From Lama glama (lineage: Eukaryota), in contig CM052816.1 of assembly GCA_028534125.1 (NCBI GenBank), positions 35,714,001-35,778,000 of the forward strand: DNA of 64,000 nucleotides, given 5' to 3'. Of the stretch, positions 61,337 through 64,000 are shown piece after piece. Below the pieces are notes generated by a model that searched no databases, was not told where the DNA came from, and saw nothing but the letters and a program-made list of their open reading frames with translations. The translations under genes were made by a program, and so were the position numbers. How positions within the stretch are numbered: position 1 is the stretch's first letter; each line of letters begins with the position of its first letter.

Positions 61337-63769
61337 TTTGAATTCCATTTTCATTAGGACAATCACCAAGAGATGATCTGTCCAATGTCACTATAAAAGG
61401 AAGTGTCAACGTTTTTGAGGTGGATGTCAGTAGAATCACTAAGGAGCTGAGATCAATAAAGATTTGGGGTGGCCGCCAGGGTCACACATAACAGGATTCC
61501 TCCTGGGAGCAGAGGCCTGGGAGGATAAACAATGGGTTCGTAGAGGCCAGGCAGTCTCTTACACTGAAATAAGTAATGCACAATGTTCTGAACACTGGGC
61601 GCAGTGTAGCTATGGGACCCTATTTTTGTTTTATTTTTTTTAACTGAGAAGTAATTCACTGAGGAACATTTACGTTGGGTTAATTCTAACACCAGTGTGC
61701 CTGTCTCCCAACTTCGCAGGGGCCATCTCCACACCTCCTGATAAGTCTGAGTGCGCACTTGTGGAACACCTGTGGGATTGTTAATGTAACTTGGCAAGCT
61801 ATTGCTATTTTAAATATATGCTTCAGTCAGAGGAATCTGTGGGAAATCAAGATCAGTGTCCCCCATGACTTGGGGAATGAGGGTAACATGTTGAATCCCG
61901 GTGGAAATGAATGAAGAGAGAAGCTGAGAGGCAAACTTTGGAGGAATGGACAGTCTTTCTAAGATATTTTAATAAACTCTTTCATGATGTTTTTCCTGAC
62001 TTTTAAAGGAAATTAGAAACCATGAGGTAAAGTTAGATCTCTTGGTGAACTAAAGACTAGTCAGAAAAGGGAAGGACTTGCTGGATTTGTGAGGCAGTGT
62101 TTGATGGTGGGATTCATCCTCACGTCCTTGTTGAGTGTTGCTGATGGGAGTATGAACTAAATACTTTTTCCAGAAATGATGTTTCAGTTTGCATCTTGGG
62201 AGTACTATTCAATTAAGCGCTATATGATTAACCTATTTTTTGAACAGACTCAAATAAGTAAACTAAAGCTCAAAGACAAAATAATTCTGTCCCCATTATG
62301 TTTACTTTGGGAACCAAATTTGATGTTTCATTATAGATGTTCAGTGCCAGTGATTCTGCTCCTTAGAGGATAATGCATGGTAAATTTGAAAACTTTTCAG
62401 ATACAACCAAGCAAATCAGGAAAGAGGCCAGGAGAAAGTACATAGTATTTAATTTGGACAAATGAAAGATGATAATGACTAGGGAAAGCTAATATAAACT
62501 TTGTCTACTTCCAACTTAATTCTTACACACACAAACTTAATTCACACACATCCCTATGGAAAGATCTTAGGAAAAACTGTCAACTAATCAGTACATTTTT
62601 TCCTAGAAACCTAAATCACAGATGCCAAGAAAATAAGATGAAAACGTAAGTCAATCTGGCATCAATAGTAATGCTTGTTTTTGCCCGTTCACTTGGTGTC
62701 TTTTTGCCCCTTTAAAGAAATAAAGCAAAAACTATATAAGAATAGTGAAATATGCTCTTTAAAATTTTTCTCCATTAACTCTAGGAGAAGGTAGCAAGAA
62801 CCCCAAAACAAACATTTGCTGCTTCTTTTAGTCAATAGGCTACTTGTAAGGTGATACTGGAGAGGAGAAAGCTCCCGAAAAGCCTTTGAAAACCACACAA
62901 TGGAATCTCCAGCCTAAATTTCTCTCCTCCCCCTTCCTCATCTCTCTTCTCACTTGCTGAATTTGATTTATTTCTCCCTTGATGGTTCTTTGGACAGAGC
63001 AACATACTGCTTTCCACATTCCTGTTGCAAATTTGTTTTCCTTCATTTTAAAAATCAGGCTGGGAGGACTGGAGCGCGTGTCTGTGTGAGTTGCTGTTAC
63101 ATCCAGGGGAGCCGAGGGGAAGGGAGCTGGCGTGGTATATGAATTACACATGGCGAGAGTACTTAGCATGGACTGTCTTGAAGCAGATGTGTTTGATATA
63201 TTCAAACACGTGCATATTCAAACATCATGAGAGGTGTTAGGGAAGCTGATCAGTTCTCTCCGTACTTCCTGCCCAGTGTCAGAACAAAGGATCACTTGAT
63301 GAAATTGAAGGGCAGAGATTTATGAGGGGAGGGGATACAAAATGAAAGGAAATTCCACTTCACATTACATCCATTCACCCTTCTGAATCTGCTTCCATGG
63401 AAATCCCTGCTTTAATACTGTGGTTAGATTTTAATAAGGTTAATTTTCTCACTGATTGTACCACATGTACAAGGTTTAGCTGAGATTATGACAAAAATAA
63501 GAAAATCTCTTGCTTTGGGATGTAAACCATCCTTGGAATGATTAACTTGATTCTGTGCATAGTGTTGGCAGAGTTATTTGAGAGAAAGTTTGGATTTATT
63601 TCCCCTCTCAGAAGCAGTGCTTTTGGATCATAATTTTGCTGGATGAACCTTTTTGCTTTACAAAATCTTGTTCCTGACAACGTGAAATCCATTTTGTTGA
63701 GACTGCTTCATATTGGTGTTAGCTGTCATTTTCTAAAGCATTAGAGCTAAGCCCCACTTTAAAAATGTA

Positions 63770-64000
63770 TACTTTTTTCCATTATAAAAGTAATATATGC
63801 TCATTTAAGAAAATACAGAAAATTAAGGGAAGAAGAGAAAAACTGATATCATCCAGACGGTGCAACTGTTAACTTTTCAGTGAATTTCCCCCTAATCCTG
63901 TATTTCCTATACAAAGGATTTTTTTTGCTTATGAGCTAGCTGATTTGTATAATATATAATCATGCTTATTTAGAATTTTACATCTTATCTTTCCGACAAC
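63770..64000 (-). mobile_element. old L1ME-type 3' fragment
   Basis: ATTATAAAAGTAATATATGCTCATT...AACTGTTAACTTTT pattern. Confidence 0.5.

Overview
Mammalian genomic DNA, very probably camelid (three tRNA-derived SINEs of the vic-1 type plus camelid-style L1 3' ends). It is gene-poor and repeat-rich (MIR, L2, old L1, MaLR/ERVL/ERV1 LTRs, hAT DNA transposons) with one 100-N assembly gap. I found no intact protein-coding gene that I can recognise; nearly all ORFs in the track are repeat-derived or chance frames. Main non-repeat signals: (1) a minus-strand spliced remnant at about 11.86-13.11 kb that reconstructs, after repairing 3 stops and one 2-bp slip, into a small type I membrane protein (signal peptide, 6-Cys ectodomain, TM helix, KKPR stop-transfer), a candidate unitary pseudogene of unknown family; (2) an orphan housekeeping-type CpG promoter at about 37.2-37.6 kb (NRF1, Sp/GC boxes, ETS) with splice donors and no recognisable CDS, probably driving a lncRNA; (3) an ancient CR1-type reverse-transcriptase fragment at about 27.95-28.14 kb with its frame still open; (4) several enhancer-like motif clusters. 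Repeat subfamily names are from recalled consensus similarity, not a database search, and boundaries are approximate unless TSDs are quoted.
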